From assembly GCA_035297425.1 (NCBI GenBank), contig DATGYZ010000034.1, positions 5,273-69,272 on the forward strand: a stretch of DNA of 64,000 nucleotides. The letters are read 5' to 3'. Source of the stretch: Bacteroidales bacterium (GTDB lineage Bacteria; Bacteroidota; Bacteroidia; Bacteroidales; VadinHA17). The notes under the pieces were generated by a model. It was not told the DNA's origin. It saw nothing but the letters and a program-made list of their open reading frames with translations, and searched no databases. Made by a program: the position numbers and the translations under genes. Below are positions 1 to 10,458 of this stretch, piece after piece (the stretch's first letter is position 1; every line of letters starts with the position of its first letter).

Positions 1-34
1 TTCCTCGTTTCAGTTCTTTGTTTCTTGTACCTTG

Positions 35-424
35 TTAGAGTGAATATTTTAAACCTTTGAAATCTGACTTTTTTAGGTAATTCATAAGATTAAAAATCTT
101 TCTACTTAAACTGTCAGTTAGCTCCTGAAGTTCATTCAAAGTTTCTTCACTGATGTACCTATTATCAAAAGTTCTGTATGACTGAGATCTCACTTCACCA
201 ATTGACCCTGATGAAATAGATAAAAATTGACAAAACTCCCTTGTTCCCTCCCCGGTAAAAACTTCCGCAATGTTATCCATTATGGATCCTGATGAAGCTC
301 TTATTTGATCACGAAATCTGAAATCATTATTAAAGGGTGATGCAGTTGTAATTTTGAAAATTACCCTGCAAAGCTCTCTTGCTTCAATTCAGATCTCCAA
401 ATCTTCAAACCTAACAACCTTCAT
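35..424 (-). pseudogene. four-helix-bundle protein (23S rRNA intervening-sequence protein family) interrupted by an in-frame TGA at 389-391
   Basis: Track ORF 35-280 carries the family C-terminal signature NIAE..G....EF.QFL.IS.GS..E. Extending the same frame upstream gives ATG(424-422) MKVVRFEDLEI-TGA-IEARELCRVIFKITT...QIRASSGSI. This matches the family N-terminus FEDLE(I/V)W, with the stop exactly where Trp is expected. Confidence 0.6.
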
Positions 425-483
425 CTATTTAAGCCATTCTAAGATAAACGATGAACGATGAAGGATGAACCATAAACGTACAA

Positions 484-1527
484 CTAATCCTGCCTCCTTT
501 TGGCTTTCTCGAAGTCCGCTTCAGCCATGATCCTTACAAGCTCTTTAAATGTAACCTTAGGTGACCAACCCAGGCTTGCTTTAGCTTTTGCAGGGTTACC
601 TATCAGCAAATCAACTTCTGTTGGCCTGAAATATTTAGGATCGATGGCGATGACTTCCTTCCCATTTGATTTTAAGATCCCTTTTTCATTAACACCATTC
701 CCTCTCCATTCAATTTCGTCGCCAAGCACCCTGAATGTTTCTTCCACAAACTCCCTGATAGTGTGAGTCTCATTTGTGGCAAGCACATAATCATCAGGTT
801 GATCAGCCTGGAGGATCATCCACATACCTTCAACGTATTCAGGAGCATAACCCCAGTCCCGTTTGGAATCCAGGTTACCTAAGGTGAGAACATCCTGCTG
901 CCCCAATAGAATTTTAGAAGCAGCAACAGAAATTTTTCTTGTAACAAAGGTTTTGCCCCTTCGTTCACTTTCGTGATTGAATAAGATCCCGTTTGAAGCA
1001 AATACATTGTATGCTTCCCGATAATTTACAACAACCCAGTAAGCATACAATTTGGCTGCCGCATAAGGACTTCGTGGATAGAATGGTGTCTTTTCAGTCT
1101 GTGGAATCTCCTGAACTTTACCAAACAATTCAGATGTTGAAGCCTGATAAAATTTTGTATTAAGGCGCGTTTCACGGATGGCATCCAGAAACCTCAGAGT
1201 TCCAATACCATCAACTTCAGCTGTATATTCAGGAACTTCAAAAGATACCTGTACATGAGACTGAGCAGCAAGATTATAAATTTCATCGGGGCGTATCTTT
1301 TCCAGCAGCCTGTTGAGATTACTCGAATCAGTAAGATCGCCATAATGAAGAAAGAATTTCTTATTCAGGAATTCATGATTGTTGTAGATATGATCAATTC
1401 TGAAAGTATTAAAAGAACTTGATCTTCTTATAATACCATGGACCTCATAATCTTTTTCAAGTAATAATTCAGACAAATATGATCCGTCCTGTCCTGTTAT
1501 TCCTGATATTAATGCAACCTTTTTCAT
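484..1527 (-). CDS. gmd: GDP-mannose 4,6-dehydratase
   Basis: 347 aa. N-terminal [15 protein letters not shown] Rossmann motif, [10 protein letters not shown] catalytic YxxxK, full-length Gmd-like sequence. Confidence 0.95.
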   Translation of the reverse strand: MKKVALISGITGQDGSYLSELLLEKDYEVHGIIRRSSSFNTFRIDHIYNNHEFLNKKFFLHYGDLTDSSNLNRLLEKIRPDEIYNLAAQSHVQVSFEVPEYTAEVDGIGTLRFLDAIRETRLNTKFYQASTSELFGKVQEIPQTEKTPFYPRSPYAAAKLYAYWVVVNYREAYNVFASNGILFNHESERRGKTFVTRKISVAASKILLGQQDVLTLGNLDSKRDWGYAPEYVEGMWMILQADQPDDYVLATNETHTIREFVEETFRVLGDEIEWRGNGVNEKGILKSNGKEVIAIDPKYFRPTEVDLLIGNPAKAKASLGWSPKVTFKELVRIMAEADFEKAKRRQD

Positions 1528-1680
1528 CCAATATCTTACGTCACTTCATGAAAGTTTATTCTGATCATCATTCCATATCACACCGAATAGTCGAACTGTC
1601 AGGATAATACTGAATCCTGATAGGACTTTTATTCAAGGAAGGATGACAGGTTCATGATTATCATTGAAATCTTAAACAAA

Positions 1681-3582
1681 TCATGAATCTATAAGTTCAT
1701 GCTTGCTGATATAACCAGGAACAATATTGATCATCTCCGTAATTAACTGCTTTGAATTTAAAGTATATAATTTTTCAAGAACATCTGAGATCTTCTGGTA
1801 ATGAACTTCGAAATCCATATCAGGCACACACGCAATATTTATCTTGGGGTTATGAGTTGGAGCCATTGGCTCATTAGTTGAAAATAACTCTTCAAAGAGT
1901 TTTTCTCCCGGACGCAGACCTACAAATTTAATTTTTATGTCTTTATAAGGCTCTAATCCGGAAAGCCGAATAAGATTGATAGCAACATCCAGCACCTTTA
2001 CCGGTTTGCCCATATCGAAAACATATATATGGCCGCCATTCCCCATAAAACCTGCCTCCAGAACAAGCTGGCATGCTTCAGGAATTGTCATAAAGAAGCG
2101 TGTGATATTAGGATGAGTGATTGTAACCGGTCCTCCTTCAGCAATCTGCCGGTTGAACAATGGAATGACAGAACCATTGGAGCCAAGAACATTGCCGAAT
2201 CTTGTAGTGACAAAATGTGTTCGTATATCCTGGCGCTTAGACAAGGTATGAACCAATATTTCGCACAGCTTTTTAGTAGCCCCCATGACATTTGTGGGAT
2301 TAACTGCCTTGTCAGAAGAAATCATAACGAACTTTTCAACGTTGTATTTTATCGAAAGTTCTGCAAGTAATTTAGTTCCACCCACATTTACCCTGAAAGC
2401 TTCGTGAGGATGCAATTCCATCAATGGAACATGTTTATACGCAGCTGCATGAAATACAATTTGAGGCTTGTATTTCATGAAGACCTGTTCCATTATCTCA
2501 CTGTGGGTTATATCACCAATGACAATTTTATAGTTTATGCCCGTTGCCTGGGTTTTAAGCTCCTGTCCAAGAAAGAAGCAAGGAGTCTCTGCCTGGTCAA
2601 ACAGTATCAATCTTCCTGTTTCAAACTTCATTAGTTGTCTTGCAATCTCAGAACCAATGGACCCAGCGGCTCCTGTAACGAGAATTGTTTTCCCTTTCAA
2701 TCCATTCTGAATCTTTTCCAGGTCAAGGAGAATCGGGTCCCTTCCAAGCAGATCTTCAAACTTTACTTTTTGAAGATGCTTTATTTCAAACTGGCCATTG
2801 AGCCAGGTATCAAAGGATGGCGTATCAAGTATCTCACAACCTAATTCAATCACAGATTCAATAACATCTTTCTTTTTCGCAGGGGCAAGCTTATTTATTG
2901 CAATAATAAATGCCTGGATATTTTCTTTCGCTATGAACTCTTTGGTCAGGACATTTCTGGAATAAACAGGATAACCATTGACCTTCTTACCATGAAGCTT
3001 TTTGTCATCATCGATATAACATCTCACTCTATATTGCTGCCTTCTGTCTGCTTCAATTACTCTTCTGACCACAATTCCCGTTTCACCTGATCCATAAATA
3101 ATTACATTTTTCTTCACATTTGGAGAAGAGGATGCGAACTCATAAAATATCTTGACAAAAACCCTGAAAAAAAACAGAAGAATTGTAATGGCACCTGAGT
3201 GAATGATGACTATTGAAAGAGGAATATTGAAAACTTCATTCCATGAAAATTGCCTGCTTAAAAGTGTAAGGGGAATGAGAACAACCATTGATGAAAAGCC
3301 GGTAAGTATTATTTTGTATGTATCCCTGATGGTAGTGTGCCTGATCATTCCTGAATAGGACTTATAAATCAGCATAAAAAGAGTATAAACTGACAGAACC
3401 ATCCATGCCTGCCTGAAAACTACAGCCAGGTCAAAAGAGTAAGTCTCAAAATTAAACCTGAGCATATACGCAATAAGGAAGGAGAAGTAGACAACTGACA
3501 TGTCTATAAGAAGCACCATCCAGCGTGGCAGGGAATGATTTCTAAAAATCAGTAGTATTCTTGTTTTAATATCAGATAGCAT
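1681..3582 (-). CDS. membrane-anchored polysaccharide biosynthesis protein, CapD/WbpM-type NDP-sugar 4,6-dehydratase/epimerase
   Basis: 633 aa. About 4 N-terminal TM helices, then VTGAAGSIGSEI Rossmann motif and the PTNVMGATK motif typical of the CapD/PglF/WbpM family. Confidence 0.85.
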   Translation of the reverse strand: MLSDIKTRILLIFRNHSLPRWMVLLIDMSVVYFSFLIAYMLRFNFETYSFDLAVVFRQAWMVLSVYTLFMLIYKSYSGMIRHTTIRDTYKIILTGFSSMVVLIPLTLLSRQFSWNEVFNIPLSIVIIHSGAITILLFFFRVFVKIFYEFASSSPNVKKNVIIYGSGETGIVVRRVIEADRRQQYRVRCYIDDDKKLHGKKVNGYPVYSRNVLTKEFIAKENIQAFIIAINKLAPAKKKDVIESVIELGCEILDTPSFDTWLNGQFEIKHLQKVKFEDLLGRDPILLDLEKIQNGLKGKTILVTGAAGSIGSEIARQLMKFETGRLILFDQAETPCFFLGQELKTQATGINYKIVIGDITHSEIMEQVFMKYKPQIVFHAAAYKHVPLMELHPHEAFRVNVGGTKLLAELSIKYNVEKFVMISSDKAVNPTNVMGATKKLCEILVHTLSKRQDIRTHFVTTRFGNVLGSNGSVIPLFNRQIAEGGPVTITHPNITRFFMTIPEACQLVLEAGFMGNGGHIYVFDMGKPVKVLDVAINLIRLSGLEPYKDIKIKFVGLRPGEKLFEELFSTNEPMAPTHNPKINIACVPDMDFEVHYQKISDVLEKLYTLNSKQLITEMINIVPGYISKHELIDS

Positions 3583-3788
3583 AAGTCAGGTTAAACTTTA
3601 TCAAATTTTAGAAAAATCAGGAAGGTTACCAAATAAACTGACGGATAAAGTTCTGTTTAGGTTGCTTTTGAATGAAATTTAATGCTTGCGCGCCGTCAGT
3701 CACATGATAATATCTATCGGACAGCGGCAAATGATGAACTCCGGAGAACAATATCCGGGTGCAACAAAAGTAACAATTGTTGTATAAG

Positions 3789-4772
3789 TTACAAATTTTC
3801 CCAAAACCATTTTACCGCTTCTTTTAAACCATCTGATACACTGTATACCGGGGTATAGCCAAGCAATCGCTGAGCCTTATCAATCGAAGCAAGTGAGTGA
3901 GGAATATCGCCTGCTCTTTCAGGACCATGAATTATCTGAACACTTTGAATTTCAGGATCATACACTGAGGCAATTGAACGGATATAACCAAAAAGCTGAT
4001 TGAGTGTTGTCCTCTCTCCGAAGGCTACATTATATACCTGGTTCAATGCTTCTTTTTTATCAACAATCGCAGCAAGGTGATTGGCCTGCAGAACATTATC
4101 GATATAGGTAAAATCACGTGAAAAAGAGCCGTCACCGTTGATTACCGGTGATTCATGACTTTTAAGTTGCTTTAGAAATTTAGGAATAACTGCTGCATAA
4201 GCACCATCAGGATCCTGGCGCCTTCCAAAGACATTAAAATATCTCAGGCCAATAACATCAATGCCATATGTTTTCGAAAAATTGTTCCCGTATAGTTCAT
4301 TTACATATTTAGTAATTCCGTATGGCGATAACGGAGTGCCGATCTTATCTTCTACCTTTGGCAGGTCAGGATGGTCACCATAAGTTGAGGAACTTGCAGC
4401 ATAAATGAACCTTTTTATCCCGGCTTCCTTTGAGGCAAACAGCATTTTTACAAAACCGCCAATATTTACATCTGTTGTGGTAACAGGATCTTTAATCGAC
4501 CTAGGGACTGAACCAAGTGCAGCCTGGTGAAATACTATATCAATACCATTAAGCGCTTTGCAACAATCATCATAATTTCTTATGTCGCCTTCAATTAACC
4601 TGAACTCTGGATTTGAAAGAGCAGAATTGAGATTGTTTCTTTTACCCGTTGAAAAATTGTCGAGACATGTAACACTATTCCCAGCCTCAAGAAGTGAATC
4701 AACCAGATTTGAACCAATAAAACCAGCACCACCAGTAACAAGCACCCTGCTATTCCTTAATTTCATTTCCAT
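3789..4772 (-). CDS. NAD-dependent sugar epimerase (WbpP/TviC-like UDP-GlcNAc(A) 4-epimerase family)
   Basis: 327 aa. VTGGAGFIGSNL, YGITKYVNE (YxxxK), extended SDR fold. Confidence 0.8.
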   Translation of the reverse strand: MEMKLRNSRVLVTGGAGFIGSNLVDSLLEAGNSVTCLDNFSTGKRNNLNSALSNPEFRLIEGDIRNYDDCCKALNGIDIVFHQAALGSVPRSIKDPVTTTDVNIGGFVKMLFASKEAGIKRFIYAASSSTYGDHPDLPKVEDKIGTPLSPYGITKYVNELYGNNFSKTYGIDVIGLRYFNVFGRRQDPDGAYAAVIPKFLKQLKSHESPVINGDGSFSRDFTYIDNVLQANHLAAIVDKKEALNQVYNVAFGERTTLNQLFGYIRSIASVYDPEIQSVQIIHGPERAGDIPHSLASIDKAQRLLGYTPVYSVSDGLKEAVKWFWENL

Positions 4773-4828
4773 ACATAATTTTTATAGGAAATATAGCGAA
4801 TTCCAGGGAGATTTTTGTTACATAATTT

Positions 4829-5989
4829 TCATTCTTTTTCAAACAGCATCATGATTTCTTTAAGAATGAAATCAGCTGTTTTCCCATCGCCGTAAAAAGT
4901 TGGATAATCAAGCTGGGGATTACTGTCCATGAAAAAATTAAATTCCTCCCTCAATTTCCCGGTATCTGCATCAACAAGCCTCGCTGTGCCATTATTGACA
5001 AGCTCTATCCATTCACTCTCTTTCCGAAGCACCAGACATGGCTTCCGAAAAAAATGAGATTCCTTCTGCACGCCGCCCGAGTCGGTAATCGTCATCCTGG
5101 AGCTTTTCTCAAGAAGTATCATTTCAAGATATGAAACAGGTTGTATTACTCTCGTGTAAACCGAACTCTGCAATTCCTTATAAAAATCAGGAATCCTTGA
5201 TTTAAGTGTGTTGATTGTCCTGGGGTGAAACGGCATCACCATTGTGATCTTCCTTGATTCAGCCAGGTCCCTGAGAGTAGTAAGAATTTTCTGAAGCCTA
5301 TCCGGATCATCTGTATTAAGGTCTCTGTGAATAGTTACAAGTATGTAATTATCCGGTTCAACCCGAAGCTTTGACAATAGTGATTTCTTCTTTTTTTCGG
5401 CAAGCCCGGCAAAAAACAGTGAATTATCATACATTATATCCCCGGTGAAATATATTTTGGGATTATCAATTGTATAAGGAGGACTGTTCTCCGGACGAAA
5501 TCCTTCAGCCATCAGGTTTTTAAAAGCTGCATTTGTTGGAGCAAAGAGAAGTGTCGAGCAATGATCGCTTATAATCCTGTTCAGTTCTTCAGGCATCATC
5601 TTATTGAACGATCGAAGACCTGCTTCAATATGGACAACGGGAAAATGGAGCTTGGAGGCAGCAATTGCACCTGCCAGAGTCGAATTGGTATCTCCGTATA
5701 TAACAACACAGTCAGGTTTTTCACTTAGAAGGATTTCCTCAATGCCGCTTATCATAAGCGAGGTCTGTCTTCCATGCCCTGCTGAACCCACACCAAGATT
5801 AAAATGTGGTTTATGAATCTCAAGCTCATCAAAAAAGACCTCAGACAACTGGTGGTCATAATGTTGCCCCGTGTGTACTATTATTTCTTCAATCTGTGGA
5901 AAGCTGTTCCTGATTGCCCGGCTAATTGCTGAGGCTTTGATAATCTGAGGACGTGCCCCAACTATGTTCAGAAGTCGTACTCCAGGCAT
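4829..5989 (-). CDS. wecB: UDP-N-acetylglucosamine 2-epimerase (non-hydrolysing)
   Basis: 386 aa. N-terminus IVGARPQIIKASAI, HTGQHYD, DSGGVQKE motifs of the WecB/MnaA family. Confidence 0.9.
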   Translation of the reverse strand: MPGVRLLNIVGARPQIIKASAISRAIRNSFPQIEEIIVHTGQHYDHQLSEVFFDELEIHKPHFNLGVGSAGHGRQTSLMISGIEEILLSEKPDCVVIYGDTNSTLAGAIAASKLHFPVVHIEAGLRSFNKMMPEELNRIISDHCSTLLFAPTNAAFKNLMAEGFRPENSPPYTIDNPKIYFTGDIMYDNSLFFAGLAEKKKKSLLSKLRVEPDNYILVTIHRDLNTDDPDRLQKILTTLRDLAESRKITMVMPFHPRTINTLKSRIPDFYKELQSSVYTRVIQPVSYLEMILLEKSSRMTITDSGGVQKESHFFRKPCLVLRKESEWIELVNNGTARLVDADTGKLREEFNFFMDSNPQLDYPTFYGDGKTADFILKEIMMLFEKE

Positions 5990-6037
5990 TTTCTATTTTT
6001 TTGAGGCCACAAATATAGGAATAAACGAATATGTAAC

Positions 6038-6062
6038 AAAAAAGGCACCTGCTCAGGGTGCC
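6038..6062 (-). terminator. intrinsic terminator after rny
   Basis: Stem GGCACC(6044-6049)/GGTGCC(6057-6062), 7-nt loop. A6 run on plus strand gives a U-run on the minus strand, 22 nt after the rny stop. Confidence 0.6.
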
Positions 6063-6083
6063 TCTTAGTACATTATTTCATAA

Positions 6084-7625
6084 TTATTTAGCATAGTTAA
6101 CAGCCCGGGTTTCCCTGATCACGGTAATCTTGATCTGCCCTGGATAGGTCATCTCGTTCTGGATTTTCCTCGCAATCTCGAAAGAAAGATTTTCAGCCTC
6201 TTTATCATTGACCTTTTCAGCCCCAACGATAACACGGAGTTCCCTTCCAGCCTGAATGGCATAGGTCTTCATGACACCGGGATACTGTAAAGCAAGCGAT
6301 TCCAGCTCTTTAAGCCTTTTAATGTAGGATTCAACAACTTCCCTCCTTGCGCCTGGTCTTGCACCTGATATTGCGTCACACACCTGTACTATCGGTGCAA
6401 TCAGGGTTGTCATTTCAGTTTCATCATGATGAGAACCAATAGCATTGCATACTTCCGGTTTTTCCTTAAATTTTTCAGCAATCTTCATTCCAAGTATTGC
6501 ATGTGGCAATTCCGGTTCATCATCCGGAACTTTCCCAATATCATGCAGCAAACCGGCTCTTTTTGCGAGTTTAGGATTAAGTCCAAGCTCTGCAGCCATT
6601 ATCGATGCAAGGTTGGCAACCTCGCGTGAGTGCATCAGCAGGTTCTGACCATACGATGACCTGTACTTCATTTTCCCGACAAGCCTGATCAGCTCCGGAT
6701 GTAAACCATGAATTCCAAGGTCTATTGTAGTTCTCTTACCTACTTCAAGTATTTCTTCTTCGACCTGCTTCTTCGTTTTTTCAACGATTTCCTCAATCCT
6801 GGCCGGATGAATCCTGCCATCTGTAACAAGCTGGTGAAGTGCCAGACGTGCCACCTCTCTCCTTACAGGATCAAATGCTGACAGCACAATAGCTTCAGGT
6901 GTGTCATCAACAATAATTTCAACACCTGTCGCGGCCTCAAGCGCCCGTATATTCCTTCCTTCACGCCCGATTATTCGGCCCTTCATTTCATCTGATTCAA
7001 TGTTGAAGACAGTTACGGCGTTCTCAATAGCATTTTCAGCTGCAACACGCTGGATTGTCTGAACCACTATTCTCTTGGCCTCCTTGTTGGCAGTCATCTT
7101 TGCTTCATCAAGTATTTCATTCACATATGACATGGCGCCTGTCCTGGCCTCCTCCTTCAATGATTCAATTAAATGATTTTTTGCCTCTTCAGCAGAAAAA
7201 CCTGAAATGGATTCAAGTTTTTCAACCTGCTGCCGGTGCAACCTGCCAAGTTCCTCATTTTTCTTATCCAGAAGCTCAATCTGTGCTGTTATGCTGTCTT
7301 TCAATGCATCAGCTTCGTTTTTCTTTCTTTGTGCTTCTTCGATCTTTTGAGTAAGAGTTAGTTCCTTTTGCTTGATCCTGTTTTCAGCCTGTCCTATGCG
7401 GCTGTTCTTCTCGTTTATTACTTTCTCGTGCTCCGATTTAAGCTGAAGGAATTTTTCCTTAGCCTGGAGTATTTTCTCCTTCCTTATAACTTCAGCTTCA
7501 GCTTCAGCTTCGCTTACAATTTTACGGCTTTTCTTTCTTAATGCTGTCTGCCATATCAGGTAGGATATTCCAAAACCGGCAACGAGTGATATTACACAGA
7601 ATGTGATTATCAGTCCGTTAGTCAT
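6084..7625 (-). CDS. rny: ribonuclease Y
   Basis: 513 aa. N-terminal TM helix, long coiled-coil, KH domain ([15 protein letters not shown]), HD domain (LLHDIGK). Confidence 0.95.
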   Translation of the reverse strand: MTNGLIITFCVISLVAGFGISYLIWQTALRKKSRKIVSEAEAEAEVIRKEKILQAKEKFLQLKSEHEKVINEKNSRIGQAENRIKQKELTLTQKIEEAQRKKNEADALKDSITAQIELLDKKNEELGRLHRQQVEKLESISGFSAEEAKNHLIESLKEEARTGAMSYVNEILDEAKMTANKEAKRIVVQTIQRVAAENAIENAVTVFNIESDEMKGRIIGREGRNIRALEAATGVEIIVDDTPEAIVLSAFDPVRREVARLALHQLVTDGRIHPARIEEIVEKTKKQVEEEILEVGKRTTIDLGIHGLHPELIRLVGKMKYRSSYGQNLLMHSREVANLASIMAAELGLNPKLAKRAGLLHDIGKVPDDEPELPHAILGMKIAEKFKEKPEVCNAIGSHHDETEMTTLIAPIVQVCDAISGARPGARREVVESYIKRLKELESLALQYPGVMKTYAIQAGRELRVIVGAEKVNDKEAENLSFEIARKIQNEMTYPGQIKITVIRETRAVNYAK

Positions 7626-7718
7626 TGTTCCTATTATTAAAGTTCATTACCAATTAAATTAAAATATATATTATTATATATATTAAAACATATATTACTT
7701 AAAGTTTGAATATATATT
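7626..7718. repeat. AT-rich low-complexity tract with four ATATATT(A)-type repeats
   Basis: aaatatatattatta / tatatatattaaaac / atatattactt / gaatatatattaaaaa, read directly. Lies between the 6S-like RNA and the rny start. Confidence 0.7.
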
Positions 7719-7911
7719 AAAAAAAACCCGCAAAGTTCCTTCAGCTTTTATAAAACCCCATGTCTGAATGGCTGGAGCTACTAATCCAGTTTGAACTTCC
7801 ACTGTCACGCCTGAGCATGATCCCTAAGGATGCGGCCTGTCCTCGCTAAACTAAGGTTGCTCCAAAGTTTTAACTGTTGAGTTTCAAAAATGAATGAAGA
7901 AACAATGCGGG
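7719..7911 (-). ncRNA. ssrS: candidate 6S RNA
   Basis: About 185-nt element in the 319-nt gap downstream of zapA. Long closing stem: 7727-7732 pairs with 7906-7911, and 7735-7743 pairs with 7895-7903. Further pairings: 7751-7756/7867-7872, 7774-7778/7859-7863, 7788-7792/7848-7852, with internal loops and a terminal hairpin ATCC-CTAA-GGAT (7820-7831). Position 7738/7900 is a G.U pair only on the minus strand. U8 follows the closing stem on the minus strand. The zapA-ssrS order is the same as in E. coli. Confidence 0.5.
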
Positions 7912-7944
7912 CAATTTCTTTTTTCTATTTGAAAGAACGTTTTG

Positions 7945-8238
7945 TTACTCTTTTGTTTCAAGAACTGTTTCAACTTTCTGAATCAGTTCTTTCAGTGCAT
8001 CAGGGAGATAATCTTTCTCAAGTTTTTCCTCCTCCTCATTAAGCTTAATCACATACTGAAGTGCGGCCATTGCCAAAAAATCCTGTACATCCTTATCGGT
8101 GTACCGCTGCTTGTACTGCAGCACCTTTTCATTTATCATCCGGGCAGCCTTCCTGATCTTCTCCTCATTCTCCCGTTCAACCTTCAATGGATAATACCTG
8201 TCCGCTACATTTACTCTGATTGAAAGCTTATCATCCAT
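7945..8238 (-). CDS. zapA: cell division protein ZapA
   Basis: 97 aa. SIRVNVADRYYPLKV...KIRKAARMINEKV...LAMAALQYV matches the ZapA pattern. Confidence 0.85.
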   Translation of the reverse strand: MDDKLSIRVNVADRYYPLKVERENEEKIRKAARMINEKVLQYKQRYTDKDVQDFLAMAALQYVIKLNEEEEKLEKDYLPDALKELIQKVETVLETKE

Positions 8239-8248
8239 TGCTATATCC

Positions 8249-8542
8249 TTATCTGTTTAAAAGAGCAACACATTTGTCAATTTCCCGCACTAAATCATTC
8301 AGCTTCCTTTTTGCCTCACCGGCATTCTCACCATCTCCCAACAATGCTCCGGTAAATTTTACCTTTTCATACTTAATTTCCAATTCTCTTATTCGTTCAT
8401 CGCGCGACCGGACCATGGCTTGAAGTTCCTCATTCGTGCGATTTATCTTAAGCATTTCAGCCTTCAGATTATGATATCGGGTTAACAATTCATCAATTTT
8501 TCTGTTCAAAATTATTAACTCTTCATAACCCTGGCCAGACAT
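8249..8542 (-). CDS. coiled-coil protein (ZapB-like, function uncertain)
   Basis: 97 aa, heptad-rich. Sits 10 nt upstream of zapA on the same strand. Confidence 0.5.
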   Translation of the reverse strand: MSGQGYEELIILNRKIDELLTRYHNLKAEMLKINRTNEELQAMVRSRDERIRELEIKYEKVKFTGALLGDGENAGEAKRKLNDLVREIDKCVALLNR

Positions 8543-8654
8543 AGCAAAATCTTTAGGACAAAATTAGTATAGTAAATGATATTTTCAAAAATTTAAGGAA
8601 TTTTGTTTGTCCCAATTGTACAGACGATTAGTTTTGCAGGATAATCGTGACCAT

Positions 8655-10367
8655 ATGCTACCTCTAAAATATTTCGTAATAACATTATTGTTTTTCAGCA
8701 ATTTAGACCACACCCCCAAGGACAAGACAATTTTCAGGCCTCCTGTAAATATACCGGTACTTCTCTCTTCCAACTTTGGTGAGCTCAGGGCTGATCATTT
8801 CCATTCAGGAATTGATATAAAGACACAGGGAAAAACAGGTCAGGAAGTTGTTTCTTCAGCTGATGGTTATATTTACAGGATAAGCATCTCTCCTACCGGT
8901 TTCGGAAAAGCTCTTTATGTCAGGCATCCATCCGGGTATTGCACAGTATATGGTCATCTGGAAAATTTTACAGATAAAGTTGAAGCGTATGTCAAAGAAA
9001 AACAATACGAAAGAAAAAGCTTCACAATCACACTCTTTCCTCCTAAAGAATTATTTCCGGTTAAAAAAGGTGAGCTCATAGCATTATCAGGTAATTCAGG
9101 AAGCTCCGGCGGTCCACACCTTCATTATGAAATTAGGGAAGCAGACAACGAGTTTCCTGTGAACCCACTCCTGTTTCAGATCGGAGCATCAGACAATATT
9201 CCTCCTGTAATTACAGGCCTTGCAGTTTACCCTATCGGAAATTCATTTGTTAATAATGGCCGTAATACATTAAAAATCAGTCTTACAGGCAGCAATGGCA
9301 AATATAATCTCCCCGCCGACAAGCATCTTGAAATTTCAGGGGATGCAGGTTTTGGACTGAGAATTCATGACCTCCTTGATGGAAGCACAAACAAATGTGC
9401 TGCATATTCAATTCAGCTAAGAATTGACAGCATCCTTGTATTCAATTATGAAATGGATGGCTTTTCTTTTGACGAGTCAAGGTATGTCAATAGTCACATG
9501 GATTACGAATCCTACATACGTGACAATGTCACTTATCAGAGAACTTATGTACTGCCGAATGATAAGCTGAGCACTTACAAAAACCTCCTGAACAGGGGTA
9601 TTTTCAGGTTCAACGATAATAAGATACACAGGGTCCAGTTTATAGTCAGGGATTTAAGCAATAATAAATCTGTACTTTCCTTCAATGTACAGGCTGTGTC
9701 TCCTGCTGCCGGTACCAAACCTGTTAAGAAGGAAGGGAAAGTAATGCCTTACAGCAGATCGAACAGGTTTGTTGATGAAGACATTTCAATAAACATACCA
9801 GCAGGAGCTCTTTATGACACACTTTACTTTAATTACAAAAAGAGTCCAGCAACACCTGTAATGTTATCAGACCTTCATTCAATCCATAATAACCTGACAC
9901 CGCTCCAGAAAGCAATTTCATTGTCTATAAAACCTAAAATAATACCTGCCGGTAAGGAAAATAATATGCTGATAGTACGTCTTAATAAAAACATGAGCAA
10001 GGTGCCGGTCAGCAGCGCCTGGAATGAAGGTTTCCTGAAAGCTGATATTTCGGTTTTTGGAGATTATTTTGTCGGGATAGATACAATATTGCCGTCAATC
10101 AGTGCACCAGGAATGACACAGGGGATTGATCTTACAAGCAGAAAAGAGTTGCGCTTAAAAATAAAGGATGATTTCTCCGGAATTAGATCATATGAAGCTG
10201 AAATAGATGGCAAATGGGCACTATTCGAATATGACCCGAAAAATGAATTGCTGATTTATAGCTTTGACGATAAATATCTGGCAAAAGGCTCTCAACACAA
10301 TCTTTCGCTGAAAGTTACAGATAATGCAAATAACTCAAACCAATATTCTTTAAGCTTCAGCTGGTAA
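8655..10367 (+). CDS. M23 family metallopeptidase
   Basis: HFHSGIDIKT and GSSGGPHLHYEIR zinc motifs. Start moved from 8607 to ATG 8655, which gives a signal-anchor N-terminus MLPLKYFVITLLFF. Confidence 0.85.
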   Translation: MLPLKYFVITLLFFSNLDHTPKDKTIFRPPVNIPVLLSSNFGELRADHFHSGIDIKTQGKTGQEVVSSADGYIYRISISPTGFGKALYVRHPSGYCTVYGHLENFTDKVEAYVKEKQYERKSFTITLFPPKELFPVKKGELIALSGNSGSSGGPHLHYEIREADNEFPVNPLLFQIGASDNIPPVITGLAVYPIGNSFVNNGRNTLKISLTGSNGKYNLPADKHLEISGDAGFGLRIHDLLDGSTNKCAAYSIQLRIDSILVFNYEMDGFSFDESRYVNSHMDYESYIRDNVTYQRTYVLPNDKLSTYKNLLNRGIFRFNDNKIHRVQFIVRDLSNNKSVLSFNVQAVSPAAGTKPVKKEGKVMPYSRSNRFVDEDISINIPAGALYDTLYFNYKKSPATPVMLSDLHSIHNNLTPLQKAISLSIKPKIIPAGKENNMLIVRLNKNMSKVPVSSAWNEGFLKADISVFGDYFVGIDTILPSISAPGMTQGIDLTSRKELRLKIKDDFSGIRSYEAEIDGKWALFEYDPKNELLIYSFDDKYLAKGSQHNLSLKVTDNANNSNQYSLSFSW

Positions 10368-10458
10368 TCAGATGGGACTAAAGTCCCTCAGGATAGAATA
10401 GCTTCATTAATCCGTTGGTTGAAGCCAATTACAAATGATTCATGCAAATGAAAATAGC

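Noticed and set aside
450-470. Tandem heptamer GATGAAC GATGAAG GATGAAC between gmd and the four-helix-bundle gene.
   Set aside because: There are only three short units and no partner elsewhere in the window. This is insufficient to call a regulatory or slippage element.
2029-2844. Plus-strand ORFs (113, 76, 69 aa) and a nested minus-strand ORF (2088-2291) inside the CapD/WbpM-like gene. The same kind occurs at 500-766, 4582-4854, 5604-5816, 6426-6648 and 7055-7354.
   Set aside because: They lie antisense or out of frame within long, motif-supported genes. Their composition is low-complexity and no motif is recognisable. They are typical shadow ORFs.
7626-7718. AT-rich repeats as a possible CRISPR-like or minisatellite array.
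   Set aside because: The units are 7-10 nt and degenerate, with no repeat-spacer periodicity.
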